A stretch of 64,000 bases of DNA, from positions 247 through 64,246 of the forward strand of contig SUXM01000011.1 of the NCBI GenBank assembly GCA_015060925.1, given 5' to 3'. The translations under genes were made by a program, and so were the position numbers. Each line of letters starts with the position of its first letter. Position 1 is the stretch's first letter. Below are positions 10,201-19,532 of this stretch, in pieces. The stretch is from Parabacteroides distasonis (GTDB taxonomy: Bacteria; Bacteroidota; Bacteroidia; Bacteroidales; Tannerellaceae). The notes under the pieces are model-generated. The model was not told the origin of the DNA and did no database searches. It was given only the letters and a program-made list of their open reading frames with translations.

Positions 10201-13200
10201 CGGCAAATGTGGAATATATAGAGTTTTGGGTATTGGATCCTTTCATTGATAATCCTCAGGCCACAGGGGGAGAGTTGTATTTCAACTTAGGTGAAATTTC
10301 AGAAGATATTCTAAAGGATGAAAAGAAATTTTTTGAAAATGGATTACCAATCGATGGAGATACGACTAAGTTTGAATATACTGTTTGGGGTAAAATCCCT
10401 AAACAGCAAAGTACGGTATATGCTTTTGATAATACAGCCGGTGCTCGTGCATTGCAGGATGTGGGTTTGAATGGTTTATCTTCGGAAGAAGAAAAAGCTT
10501 ATCCGACTTATCAAGAATATTTGGATAAATTACGTTTGAAATTAAGTCCTATGGTTCTTGATAGTATGGAGAATGACCCATTACGACTTTCTCCATTCTT
10601 TGACCCGGCCGGAGATAAGTTTCATTATTTCCGTGGTTCTGATTATGATGCAGAGGAGGTTGATATCTTAGGTCGTTATAAACGTTATAATGGTACGGAA
10701 GGTAACTCCAAAGATATCAATGATTCAGAAGAAAGGTATAGTACCTCTTCCAAGACAGTTCCAGATGTGGAAGATCTTAATCAAGATAACACATTGAATG
10801 AGAATGAGAAATACTTTGAATACAAGGTGTCTCTTACTCCAAGCGATACGGTTGTCGGGGAGAATTTCATTTCGGACAAACGTACGGCACGTGTCACTTT
10901 GGCAAATGGTGAAAAGACATCTGTGAATTGGTATCAGTTCAAGATACCTATCAAGCAGTACCAACGCCGGGTAGGAGCTATCAATGACTTTAAAACGATC
11001 CGTTTCATGCGTATGTATATGACGGGATTTAGGGAACCTGTCATCTTACGTTTTGGTACGTTACAGTTGGTTCGTGGTGAATGGAGGTCGTATGAGCAGG
11101 ATCTTTCCGATCCGAAAATGCCTCCTGCTGTAAAAGGAAAATTAGAGGTGGCAACATTGAATATAGAAGAAAACAGTGATCGTGATCCGGTTAATTATGT
11201 TTTACCTCCGGGTGTGACACGTGTGTTAGACCCAAGCCAGCCACAGATCCGTCAAGAAAATGAACAGTCTATTTCGTTGAAAGTGACAGATTTGGCCGCG
11301 ATGGATGCACGGGCTATCTATAAGAATACCAATTATGACCTGCGTCAATATAAACGTTTGCAATTGTTTACGCACGCTGAAGCGCCAAAGTTGGATATTT
11401 ATAATTTAGGCAATGGAGATTTGTCTGTCTTTATTCGTATGGGTTCGGACTACCGGAACAACTATTATGAATATGAAGTGCCGTTGAAATTGACACCTCA
11501 TGGGGAATATAGCAAGAACAATTCAAGTGACCAGGAGATCGTTTGGCCGGCAGAGAATATGTTGAACTTCCGTTTGGAGGTCTTGACAGAATTGAAATTG
11601 GAACGTAACCGGCAGAAACGTGCCGGAGAAAATGGGGTCTCTTTCCAATCCGTCTTTTCAAGTCGAGACCCGGATAATGAGCGGAATACGATCCGTATAA
11701 AAGGAAATCCGACCTTGTCTGAAGTTAAAACGATTATGATCGGTGTGCGTAATAACTCAAGAGACATCAAGAGTGGGGAGGTTTGGGTGAACGAATTGCG
11801 CTTGACCGACTTTAAAGAAGATGGAGGTTGGGCGGCTAATGCCAATTTGAACGTAGCTCTTTCTGATTTAGGTACGGTGAATGTTTCAGGGCGTATTGAG
11901 ACGGCCGGATTCGGGGCTTTGGATCAATCGTTGAATGAACGGCGCATGGAAGATTTCAAGCAGTATAGTGTGGCAACTTCCATCGAATTAGGGAAGTTAT
12001 TCCCGGAAAAGGCTCAGGTGAGTATCCCGTTCTATTATGCTTATTCTAAGGAGACTTATGCTCCGAAGTATAATCCGTTGGATCAAGATGTGGAATTGAA
12101 AGATGCGATTGATACTGCGGAGACGAAGGAGGAAAAGGATTCTATCCGTAACTATTCTCAAGACCGGACAGTCATCAAGAGTGTCTCTTTTAATAATGTG
12201 CGGGTAAATATAAAGAGTAAGAACCCGATGCCTTATGACCCCGCCAATTTCTCGTTTGGATATTCATATAGCGTGAATGATAAAAAGAACCCGGAAACGG
12301 AGTATGAAACGACCAAGGATACACGTGCCAATTTCGCCTATAATTATATTCCGTACATGAAGCCGCTGAAACCGTTCGATAAGATATTGAAGAAGAACAA
12401 CGGCTATACACGTTATGCGAAGCAGTTGGCCTTTAACTTGGCGCCTTCTATCAACTTCCAGACGGCAATGATGCGTAATTATTATGAAATAAAGTTGCGT
12501 GATTTGACCGGATTGACAACCGGTGTCACTAATGATATTCCGGTTACATTCAGCCAGAATTTCTATTGGGATCGTGCGTTTAGTCTGAATTGGGCATTTA
12601 CCAACAACTTGAATATCACCTTCAGCTCAGGAACAAACGCCCGTATCGAAGAACCGTATGTGCAGGTAAACAAAGAACTTAATCCGGATGATTATCAGTT
12701 ATGGAAAGATTCTGTCAAGAGAAGTTTGGCTGATTTAGGTACGCCGATGAAGTATGACCAGCAGTTTATGGCCACTTGGCAATTACCGTTGCAACTGATT
12801 CCGGTATTGGATTGGACGAATGCCTCCATGAGTTATAATGCGACCTATAATTGGGAACGTGGTGCCAATATCAGTGAAGATATAGAATTAGGAAACACGA
12901 TTAAAAATCAACGTCAGTTTGATGTCCAGGCTGGTTTGAACTTCCAGTCTCTTTATAATAAGAATAAGTATCTGAAGAAAATAAACCAGAAGTTTGGTAA
13001 CACTCGGAATACGGCGAGAAAAAATGAAAAGAAGAAAAAGGTTAAGTTGGAGAAAGAGATTACGTTGAACCCGGATAGCGGAACGGTGGTTGAGCATGGA
13101 ATGTTCACGAAGAAGGTATATATCACCGCCCGTGGAGCAGACGGACGTGTCTATAAGGTCAACTATAAACCGATAAACTTAGCACAGGTCATGATTACCA

Positions 13201-14708
13201 ACCAAGATACCGCTCATTTGAAGTTGACGATCGTGCCGGGTGCTGCTCCAGCAGAGAATTTCTTGAACCAAGCTGCGGAATATGGAACCCGTTTCTTGAT
13301 GATGGTTCGTCGTGTGAACTTCCAGTTTACCAATTCAGCCGGTATGATGTTGCCGGGATTCCGTCCGGAGATTGGAGATATTTTCGGTCAAGGACGTTCT
13401 ACGGTCGGGCTATCTCCTGGTTTAGGATTTGCATTTGGTAGTGTCAACCGTAGCTATATTGATGAGGCATCCGAAAGGGGGTGGTTGGTTGAAAGTACGG
13501 AAAATAACTTGAATCCGGCAGTGATAACCGGAACGAAGAACCTGACGATACGGGCGAACCTTGAACCGATCCCTGGATTGAAGATTGATTTGAATGCCTT
13601 GCGTAACGATACCCGGAATACAGAAATACAATATATGTATGAAGGAATGCCGGAGATTATGGGTGGAAACTTTACGATGACGACAATTGCCCTAAGTAGT
13701 GCATTCGGAGGTAGTGGTAATGCCATGAACAATTATTCATCAAAAGCGTTTGACAAGTTTTTGGCTCATAGGGAAATCATTGCGCAACGTTATGAAAACC
13801 AATATGCCGGATTGACCTACCCGAATGAAGGATTTATCCGTGAACAGGGGTTGGGAGGTAAACCATATAACCCGGGGGCGAACAATGAGAACGGTATCAA
13901 TCGAAATTCACCGGATGTTTTGATCCCGGCATTCTTGGCTGCTTATACAGGAAAAGACCCGAATAAGGTTGGGCTGACTGCTTTCCCTTCATTGAAAAGC
14001 ATGCTTCCAAACTGGCGTATCACGTATGACGGCTTGAGCCGTATCCCGGCGATTAAAAAATATTTCAAGAGTGTGACACTGAGTCATCAATATCGTTGCT
14101 CTTATACAGTGGGAGCCTTCTCCTCTTTCTTGAACTGGGTAGATGCAGGGCAAGACGGGTTAGGTTATATCCAGTCTATTCTGAATGATAACCCGACACC
14201 ATCATCTCCGTATGACATCTCTTCCGTTAGTTTGACAGAGGCGTTTAATCCGTTGTTCGGTGCTGATGCGACATTGTTGAATAACATAACAGTTCGTGCG
14301 GATTATTCTACCACACGTAATTTGAGCCTGAATACAACCTCTTATCAATTGGTGGAAGCGTTGTCCAATAAGGTTACGATTGGTATCGGATATAAGTTTG
14401 CTGAGTTTAACAAGGTGTTGAAGATGAAGAAGACTCGCGACTTCAGTAACGACTTGACAGTTCGATTGGACTTCTCTTATAATAAGATGCAATCATTGAT
14501 TCGTAAGATTGATACGGAATTGACGCAAGCAACCAGCGGGAATGTTGCAAAGACCATTCAGTTCTCGGCCGATTATGGATTAAGTCGTGCGTTGACCATT
14601 CGAGCGTTTTATGATCTTCAAATCAATCAACCGTTGATTTCGAATGCGTCATATCCGACTTCCAATTCCAATTATGGAATCAGTCTGCGTTTCTCCTTGG
14701 CTCAGTAA
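7251..14708 (+). CDS. sprA: T9SS outer-membrane translocon SprA/Sov
   Basis: 2485 aa with signal peptide; GEEDEIIKSLEAGNV, WDLMMKNVYSL, YLDDFE, FNLGEISEDILKD, VWVNELRL; follows ruvA as in other Bacteroidetes. Confidence 0.95.
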   Translation: MRRLFKYILWITILLFGAGLYSLNADFLAYTSSLPDLELLTPPEEDTIRKVKTRYPVAKTVPEEYQDILKQSPADLKTPENVKTTIEYDIHTGKYVVRTKLGEFDLSTPILLTPEEYQDYSFQKSIQSYYRQKNEEEFQKAMNKEFNLTDMQFNIGAAERIFGPGGVRVRTQGSASVEIGLKQNKTKNPSLPERARNRTFFNFDENVQLNVQASVGTKVNFDMNYNTETSFDFDSKKLKLAYTGEEDEIIKSLEAGNVSMTTSNSLINGGAALFGMKADLQFGKLRVNALFAQQESESKTVSSKGGVQTKPFELTVDQYDENRHFFLSHYFRDRYDEAVKNLPSISSPVKINKIEVWITNKRSNYDQSRNIVAFSDLAEHEQVHIYNKVAVSPSGTKPIPYNNTNTLYNVLTQQYAAARDISTVNQAIGNDFVNGLEYEKVESARLLDPSEYSINTQLGYISLKTQLQADEVLAVAYNFTYSDGQTYQVGEFSTDNPSSANACLYVKLLKGTSMSPNMPFWDLMMKNVYSLGAYSVQKEKFRLNVMYQSDTTGTYVNYLPEGAIANQILLRVLNLDNLDSNNERHADGIFDFVDGYTVLAENGKIIFPSVEPFGSYLRKQINNDAIADKYVFQELYDSTLTIARQIAEKNKFILQGEYKASSGAEIQLGASNVARGSVKVTAGGAILTENVDYTVDYTSGVVTILNESIIASGTPVSVSLENQTAYNMQRKTMMGLDLNYQFNPNFMIGTTIMHMSEMPLTTKTVMGDEAIKNTLWGANMSYKGESQWLTNMFDKLPLLTLSKPSQISFNAEFAHLIAGHYENKNTGGYSYLDDFESTQSNIDLTDPYPWQLSSVPYNDGNQLFPGAELVNNIDYGKSRALLAWYRIDGLFTRQNSSLRPKYITKDDLSNHYVRAIQSNELFPERQQTMSESNTLNVLNLAYYPNERGPYNLDADYINPDGTLQNPEKRFGGMMRRIEQSDFETANVEYIEFWVLDPFIDNPQATGGELYFNLGEISEDILKDEKKFFENGLPIDGDTTKFEYTVWGKIPKQQSTVYAFDNTAGARALQDVGLNGLSSEEEKAYPTYQEYLDKLRLKLSPMVLDSMENDPLRLSPFFDPAGDKFHYFRGSDYDAEEVDILGRYKRYNGTEGNSKDINDSEERYSTSSKTVPDVEDLNQDNTLNENEKYFEYKVSLTPSDTVVGENFISDKRTARVTLANGEKTSVNWYQFKIPIKQYQRRVGAINDFKTIRFMRMYMTGFREPVILRFGTLQLVRGEWRSYEQDLSDPKMPPAVKGKLEVATLNIEENSDRDPVNYVLPPGVTRVLDPSQPQIRQENEQSISLKVTDLAAMDARAIYKNTNYDLRQYKRLQLFTHAEAPKLDIYNLGNGDLSVFIRMGSDYRNNYYEYEVPLKLTPHGEYSKNNSSDQEIVWPAENMLNFRLEVLTELKLERNRQKRAGENGVSFQSVFSSRDPDNERNTIRIKGNPTLSEVKTIMIGVRNNSRDIKSGEVWVNELRLTDFKEDGGWAANANLNVALSDLGTVNVSGRIETAGFGALDQSLNERRMEDFKQYSVATSIELGKLFPEKAQVSIPFYYAYSKETYAPKYNPLDQDVELKDAIDTAETKEEKDSIRNYSQDRTVIKSVSFNNVRVNIKSKNPMPYDPANFSFGYSYSVNDKKNPETEYETTKDTRANFAYNYIPYMKPLKPFDKILKKNNGYTRYAKQLAFNLAPSINFQTAMMRNYYEIKLRDLTGLTTGVTNDIPVTFSQNFYWDRAFSLNWAFTNNLNITFSSGTNARIEEPYVQVNKELNPDDYQLWKDSVKRSLADLGTPMKYDQQFMATWQLPLQLIPVLDWTNASMSYNATYNWERGANISEDIELGNTIKNQRQFDVQAGLNFQSLYNKNKYLKKINQKFGNTRNTARKNEKKKKVKLEKEITLNPDSGTVVEHGMFTKKVYITARGADGRVYKVNYKPINLAQVMITNQDTAHLKLTIVPGAAPAENFLNQAAEYGTRFLMMVRRVNFQFTNSAGMMLPGFRPEIGDIFGQGRSTVGLSPGLGFAFGSVNRSYIDEASERGWLVESTENNLNPAVITGTKNLTIRANLEPIPGLKIDLNALRNDTRNTEIQYMYEGMPEIMGGNFTMTTIALSSAFGGSGNAMNNYSSKAFDKFLAHREIIAQRYENQYAGLTYPNEGFIREQGLGGKPYNPGANNENGINRNSPDVLIPAFLAAYTGKDPNKVGLTAFPSLKSMLPNWRITYDGLSRIPAIKKYFKSVTLSHQYRCSYTVGAFSSFLNWVDAGQDGLGYIQSILNDNPTPSSPYDISSVSLTEAFNPLFGADATLLNNITVRADYSTTRNLSLNTTSYQLVEALSNKVTIGIGYKFAEFNKVLKMKKTRDFSNDLTVRLDFSYNKMQSLIRKIDTELTQATSGNVAKTIQFSADYGLSRALTIRAFYDLQINQPLISNASYPTSNSNYGISLRFSLAQ

Positions 14709-14727
14709 TAATCTTAAATAATCGTGT

Positions 14728-15720
14728 ATGAAAAAGTTCTCTTTATGGATCTGTTTAACAGCCTTATTGATTGGTTGTGCGAGTAGCCATACTGATCGTA
14801 TGGAACCTGTTCATTTAATCCTGGATACCGACTTAGGCCCTGATTATGATGATGTGGGGGCGGTGGCTCTTATGCATGCTTTGGCGGATAGCGGACAAGT
14901 GAATGTATTGGCGACCTTGTCTTCCAATAAAGATGAACGGGTAATCCCCTGCATAGAGGTACTGAATACCTATTTCAAACGTCCGAACCTTCCTGTCGGT
15001 GCACCTAAAAGTGAAGGAGGGGTAAGCATGACAAGCAATCATAAGATTAAGTGGACAGAGGCATTGCCTGCCCATTATCCCCATCATACAAGGCAGACAT
15101 CCGATGCGCCTGATGCGGTGAAGGTGTATCGTCAGGTATTAAGTCGGCAACCGGATAGCAGTGTGGTTATCTGTACCATTGGTTTCTTTACCAATCTGAA
15201 AGACCTTTTGCTTTCCGAGGGTGATGAATATAGTCCGCTTACAGGAAAAGAATTAGTTGCCCGGAAGGTAAAGCGACTCGTCTCCATGGCTGCCGGATTT
15301 CCCAAAGGCAAGGAATTCAACGTGTATTGCGATACGCCTGCCTCCCAAGTCGTCTTTGGACAATGGCCTACCGAGATTGTCTGTAGCGGATTTGAGATCG
15401 GGGAAAAGATTCTTACCGGTAAAAAGGTGACGCAAATGAATGTGGAGGGTAGTCCTGTCAAAGAGACCTATTCACTTTGTTTGGCAGAGGGAGATTTTAA
15501 TGGACGGATGAGTTGGGATCAGACCGCAGTGTTGGTCGCTATAAAAGGATATGAACCCTTTTATACGGTCGAACGTGGTACAGTTCGTATCATCAATGAT
15601 GAAGGTGCGAATGATTGGGTGCCAGATGAAAAAGGAAAACATCTCCGTTTAATAGAGAAAGTACCGGTACAGGAGATGGCCACCCTTATCGAAAACTATA
15701 TGATGCATCAACCCCGATAA
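14728..15720 (+). CDS. Nucleoside hydrolase family lipoprotein
   Basis: ILDTDLGPDYDDVGA motif, SWDQTA, lipobox LLIGC. Confidence 0.85.
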   Translation: MKKFSLWICLTALLIGCASSHTDRMEPVHLILDTDLGPDYDDVGAVALMHALADSGQVNVLATLSSNKDERVIPCIEVLNTYFKRPNLPVGAPKSEGGVSMTSNHKIKWTEALPAHYPHHTRQTSDAPDAVKVYRQVLSRQPDSSVVICTIGFFTNLKDLLLSEGDEYSPLTGKELVARKVKRLVSMAAGFPKGKEFNVYCDTPASQVVFGQWPTEIVCSGFEIGEKILTGKKVTQMNVEGSPVKETYSLCLAEGDFNGRMSWDQTAVLVAIKGYEPFYTVERGTVRIINDEGANDWVPDEKGKHLRLIEKVPVQEMATLIENYMMHQPR

Positions 15721-15740
15721 ATCCTTATAGAGATAGTTGA

Positions 15741-15790
15741 TAAAAAAAAGCATGTGTAAAGGGAAAGCCTCCCTTGCACATGCTTTTTTT
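15741..15790 (+). terminator. Intrinsic terminator
   Basis: aaaaaaagcatgtgtaaaggga...tcccttgcacatgcttttttt. Confidence 0.8.
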
Positions 15791-15808
15791 ATATGCCAAG
15801 TAAAAGAA

Positions 15809-15870
15809 AGTTTCATCCGATGAAACTTTTAGTTTCTCACCTGAAACTCCGAGTTTCATAGGCAGAAACT
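15809..15870. repeat. Three tandem short palindromes AGTTTC-N6/7-GAAACT, 21-22 bp period (REP-like)
   Basis: agtttcatccgatgaaact / agtttctcacctgaaact / agtttcataggcagaaact. Confidence 0.75.
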
Positions 15871-16000
15871 TTTAAATCGATGCCTGTCGGTTGAAGATAG
15901 TTCCCGTTTTTATTGTTAATCTAACTCATTTTAGGCTTTTCTTAATCTTTCTTGATTTAATATTTTTTTTAATATTTTTTATTTGCAATAAAAAAAACTA

Positions 16001-16361
16001 TATCTTTGCTGTGTTCCCATGCCGATTTATTAGGGTGGGAGCAGACATATATGTGAAAGGCGTTTACTTGACGTCTTGTCTTCTATGTTCCAAACTTCGC
16101 AACTTTAGAACTATACAAGGAGGCAGGGCAGCAGTAGATGTCTACGGGATGTGTATATATGCTTTATACCTCAAAAGGTATAAGGTCGTATTTCATATCG
16201 GCGTGGGCTTCTGCGTTGCTTATCCTTGTATAGTAGGCAATGCGAAGGCCTGGAACGTGGGATAAGTAACAGGTACAGATCCCGCGCTTTTTGTATATGT
16301 ATATTCCTTTTTATAGAACCGTCCGGTTCGGGAGCTGCGGACAATAAACTACAAGATTGTT
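16001..16361 (+). promoter_or_regulatory. TATCTTTG promoter and long structured 5' leader with alternative antiterminator/terminator folds
   Basis: Complementary blocks 16088-16135 vs 16207-16255, and 16201-16225 vs 16260-16287 followed by TTTTT. Confidence 0.6.
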
Positions 16362-19300
16362 ATGCGAAAATTTTACGTAGGATTATTACTCTCTTTTTTT
16401 ACATGTTGTATTTGGGGGCAATCAAAGGATGATTTGCAAGAATTATTGGATAGCAAAGGGTTATTGCGTTCGGATGAGGTAACGGTTGTTGATTTATCAA
16501 ACTATTCTTCGTTAGAACGAACACGTCCATTATATGTTCGAAATGGAGGAAAGTTTAAATTTATTAATGGAACATTATTAAGAACTGAACACCTGAAAGA
16601 TAGTGCCATGTTGGTTATTACCAATAATAGTTCTGTAGATTTGGGAGATGGGGCTGAATTGTCCGGAGCAAAAGAGTATAATGAGAAATATATGGTGGAT
16701 TCTGAATTGGAATTGGTCTTAGTTGATCATGGAAAGTTAAGTATTTCATCAGGAAGAATACATAATGTTTTTTCTAATGGTAACTCTTATCTTTTTAGTA
16801 CTTCTTATTACAATCGACGTGCAGTTACGGTTTCTTCTAAAGGAATATTTGAAATGACCGGAGGTATTATTGTAGAATCTACAGTTGAGAATAATGGACA
16901 AATGATTTTTAAGGGAGGACATATAGGATGTGTGAGATCTTATAATGATTTTGAGATGTCAGGTGATGCTTGGTTTTATGATGTTTGTTATGAAAAAGAT
17001 AAGATAATAAAATTATCTTCGGCATTGAAGAATGAGATGACTGTATGGTTGAATGACTTAGCAATAATGAGCACAGCACCTGGTGCTTCGCCTAAGTATA
17101 TAGATTATGATGGAGCGGTGTTAATGACAAGTAATGGTTATGAGATAACAGAAGCCGATTTACAGAAAATACGGTTACAGACTAATCGAAAATATAAATT
17201 AATTTTAGAGAATAGTCATGTTCTTATTCGAAAGGCTGATGATGAAATTAATACACAAAAGGATTTTATTGAAGCAATAGAGAATGCCACAGGAACGTGT
17301 GAATCTCCTACTGAAATAAAAGTGTCGGGTGAGATTCTTCTTGATAGTAAAATAGAAATTAAAAATAAAGGTATAAAACTAACTGGTGGTGGAACTTTGA
17401 AAAGAGCATCCGGGTATTTAGGTGAATTGTTTGTTTTGAATGGTGCTTGTGTCACTTTGGAGAATATTAATTTTGATGGAAATGCTTTTGCCTTTTCTAA
17501 TTATTCAGATTCAGAAATATTAAAATCTCCTATTGTTTTATATAATCAAAGTGTTTTAAAGATAAATGAAGGGACATTGATTAAAAATCATAGAGTAAAT
17601 GATAATCATGCAGGCTTAATATGTGCTTACAGTGCAAGTATGCCTGTTCATTCCTGTTCTGTTATTATGAATGGAGGACAGATAACAAATAATATTGTAC
17701 CTCTTTCTGATATAATAAGTAATACAGATCCTTATTTGTCTGATTTTTATGTCAAAATAAATGGGGGAATTATTTCAAACAATCGTTGTCTTTCATTGGT
17801 TGTTGCAAATGATGTGGATATTTTAGATGTTTATATAGTTGATAATAATACTAATAATAGTATTATTCGATTTGAGACAGGATGGATTCAGAATTTTGAG
17901 AATGGAATACCTGGTTTTATTTCTGTGTCTTCTAATGTGATTTTACAAAATACAACAAATGTATCCTCTTTTATATTAGCGGGAGAGAATGCATTTATTT
18001 ATAGGTTTGGTGAATTCAAAAATAAAATAAACATAAAACATTCTTCTTATTATGAGAATAAATTAATTACAGGTACTGCAATTGTTAAAGGTTGGCAAGG
18101 TTATGAATTGACAGAAAAAGATCTGTCTATGTGTCATTATGAGAGTGATAAATGGGAACTTGAATTGAAGGATAATGCTTTTGTTTTAAAAGAAAAAGGT
18201 TCAAGTTCTCAAGATGAGATTAAGAATGGTGATGATTTGCAAGATTTCTTGGATGGTTTAGTTGAAAAAGGAACAACAGGTACAGAAAAAGAACCTATTG
18301 ATATTATTTTAGGTGGTGGAGTTAATGATGGTATTACATTGGGTGTTTTCCCAAAAATAAGAATATATGTTAATATGCATATTCGTATTGTTGGTGGAAC
18401 TTTTGTTCGTGGAACAGGCGTAGATGCATCTTATGACGGAACTATGTTTGATGTAGCTGAAGGTGCTAGTGTCGTTTTTGAGAATGTGACGATTGATGGA
18501 GGAAAACGTGATTTTCCTAATAGTTTGATAAAAGCCGGAGGTACAGTTTATATTACGGGAACAACTATAATTAAAAATGGTTCGGGTAATGGTTTATATG
18601 GAGGAGCTGTTTATATCCCTATAGGAGGTCGTGTTGTAATGTCAGGAGGTACAATTACTGAAAATTATGGAACACAAGGTGCTGCATTCTTTAATAATGG
18701 AACTTTAATTATTAATGGAGGCTTAATTTATGGTAATAGCGGAACAATTGGAGTTATTGTTAATAACGGAGGATCAAGCTTTACTTTGAATGGAGGTTCT
18801 ATATATGACAATACAGGTTTACAAATGGGCGGTATATTTAATGGGGATGGTTCAACTATCTTTATTAATAATGGAATAATAGATGGAAATAATGTCTTTG
18901 ATTTTTATACATGGGTGAATATTATAATAAACGGAGGTGTTCAAATTAATGGTCCATTAGCCTTATTGCCCCCTGCAAAATTATTGATAACTTCTAAATT
19001 AGAGTATACAATTTATTTGACAATTATTGTAAATGTATTTGTCAATGGAACAGTTATTGCTGAGGGACATAATGGATATAAATTGACGGAACAGGATTTA
19101 TCTCATATTTATTTTGTAAATGAAAAATGGGAATTAAAATTACAAGATAATACAATCGTTCTTGTAGAGAAAAGTCCTGCTACAGCCATTGAGGATGTAT
19201 CGAATACAAAGGTTGTATATGTTGAAAATAATAATTTAGTGTTAAAAGGGCAAATAGTAGGAGAACCTTATTATATTTATTCAATCAATGGACACTTAGT

Positions 19301-19406
19301 GCATAAAGGATTGATAGATAGCGATTATACTCAATATTTATTGAAAGAAAAGGGCATAATGATTGTTAAATGTGGAAATAAGACATATAAAGTTGTAAAT
19401 AAATAG
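16362..19406 (+). CDS. Large secreted modular beta-helix-like protein with T9SS C-terminal sorting-domain-like tail
   Basis: Signal peptide; three repeats of GY[EK][IL]TE.DL; G/N-rich strands; C-terminus TAIEDVSN...YIYSINGHLV...KGIMIVKCGNKTYKVVNK; visibly AT-rich. Confidence 0.75.
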   Translation: MRKFYVGLLLSFFTCCIWGQSKDDLQELLDSKGLLRSDEVTVVDLSNYSSLERTRPLYVRNGGKFKFINGTLLRTEHLKDSAMLVITNNSSVDLGDGAELSGAKEYNEKYMVDSELELVLVDHGKLSISSGRIHNVFSNGNSYLFSTSYYNRRAVTVSSKGIFEMTGGIIVESTVENNGQMIFKGGHIGCVRSYNDFEMSGDAWFYDVCYEKDKIIKLSSALKNEMTVWLNDLAIMSTAPGASPKYIDYDGAVLMTSNGYEITEADLQKIRLQTNRKYKLILENSHVLIRKADDEINTQKDFIEAIENATGTCESPTEIKVSGEILLDSKIEIKNKGIKLTGGGTLKRASGYLGELFVLNGACVTLENINFDGNAFAFSNYSDSEILKSPIVLYNQSVLKINEGTLIKNHRVNDNHAGLICAYSASMPVHSCSVIMNGGQITNNIVPLSDIISNTDPYLSDFYVKINGGIISNNRCLSLVVANDVDILDVYIVDNNTNNSIIRFETGWIQNFENGIPGFISVSSNVILQNTTNVSSFILAGENAFIYRFGEFKNKINIKHSSYYENKLITGTAIVKGWQGYELTEKDLSMCHYESDKWELELKDNAFVLKEKGSSSQDEIKNGDDLQDFLDGLVEKGTTGTEKEPIDIILGGGVNDGITLGVFPKIRIYVNMHIRIVGGTFVRGTGVDASYDGTMFDVAEGASVVFENVTIDGGKRDFPNSLIKAGGTVYITGTTIIKNGSGNGLYGGAVYIPIGGRVVMSGGTITENYGTQGAAFFNNGTLIINGGLIYGNSGTIGVIVNNGGSSFTLNGGSIYDNTGLQMGGIFNGDGSTIFINNGIIDGNNVFDFYTWVNIIINGGVQINGPLALLPPAKLLITSKLEYTIYLTIIVNVFVNGTVIAEGHNGYKLTEQDLSHIYFVNEKWELKLQDNTIVLVEKSPATAIEDVSNTKVVYVENNNLVLKGQIVGEPYYIYSINGHLVHKGLIDSDYTQYLLKEKGIMIVKCGNKTYKVVNK

Positions 19407-19438
19407 AAATTTAGAAAGATGAAGATGTCTTAAAATCG

Positions 19439-19482
19439 AAGTGCCCCCGAAAGTTAGATAAAAAACTTTCGGGGGCACTTTT
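19439..19482. terminator. 17-bp perfect hairpin between convergent genes
   Basis: aagtgcccccgaaagtt-agataaaa-aactttcgggggcactt(tt). Confidence 0.8.
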
Positions 19483-19532
19483 AAATTTGAATGTTAATAA
19501 ATCGGTGTTTTTTAGAACTTCTTACAATCTTT

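Noticed and set aside
6595-14708. ruvA-sprA adjacency as a novel association
   Set aside because: Common gene order in T9SS-bearing Bacteroidetes
15809-15870. Possible mini-CRISPR array (also considered for 37331-37388)
   Set aside because: Units are only 21-22 bp, degenerate, lack spacer-length unique sequence, and no cas genes are present
15891-16052. 5' part of ORF 15891..16265, and ORF 16226..16432, as real proteins
   Set aside because: The first begins in low-complexity T-rich promoter DNA; the second overlaps the leader and the true start out of frame
16001-16361. Known riboswitch (cobalamin, TPP, SAM) in the leader
   Set aside because: Could not find the conserved cores of these classes by eye
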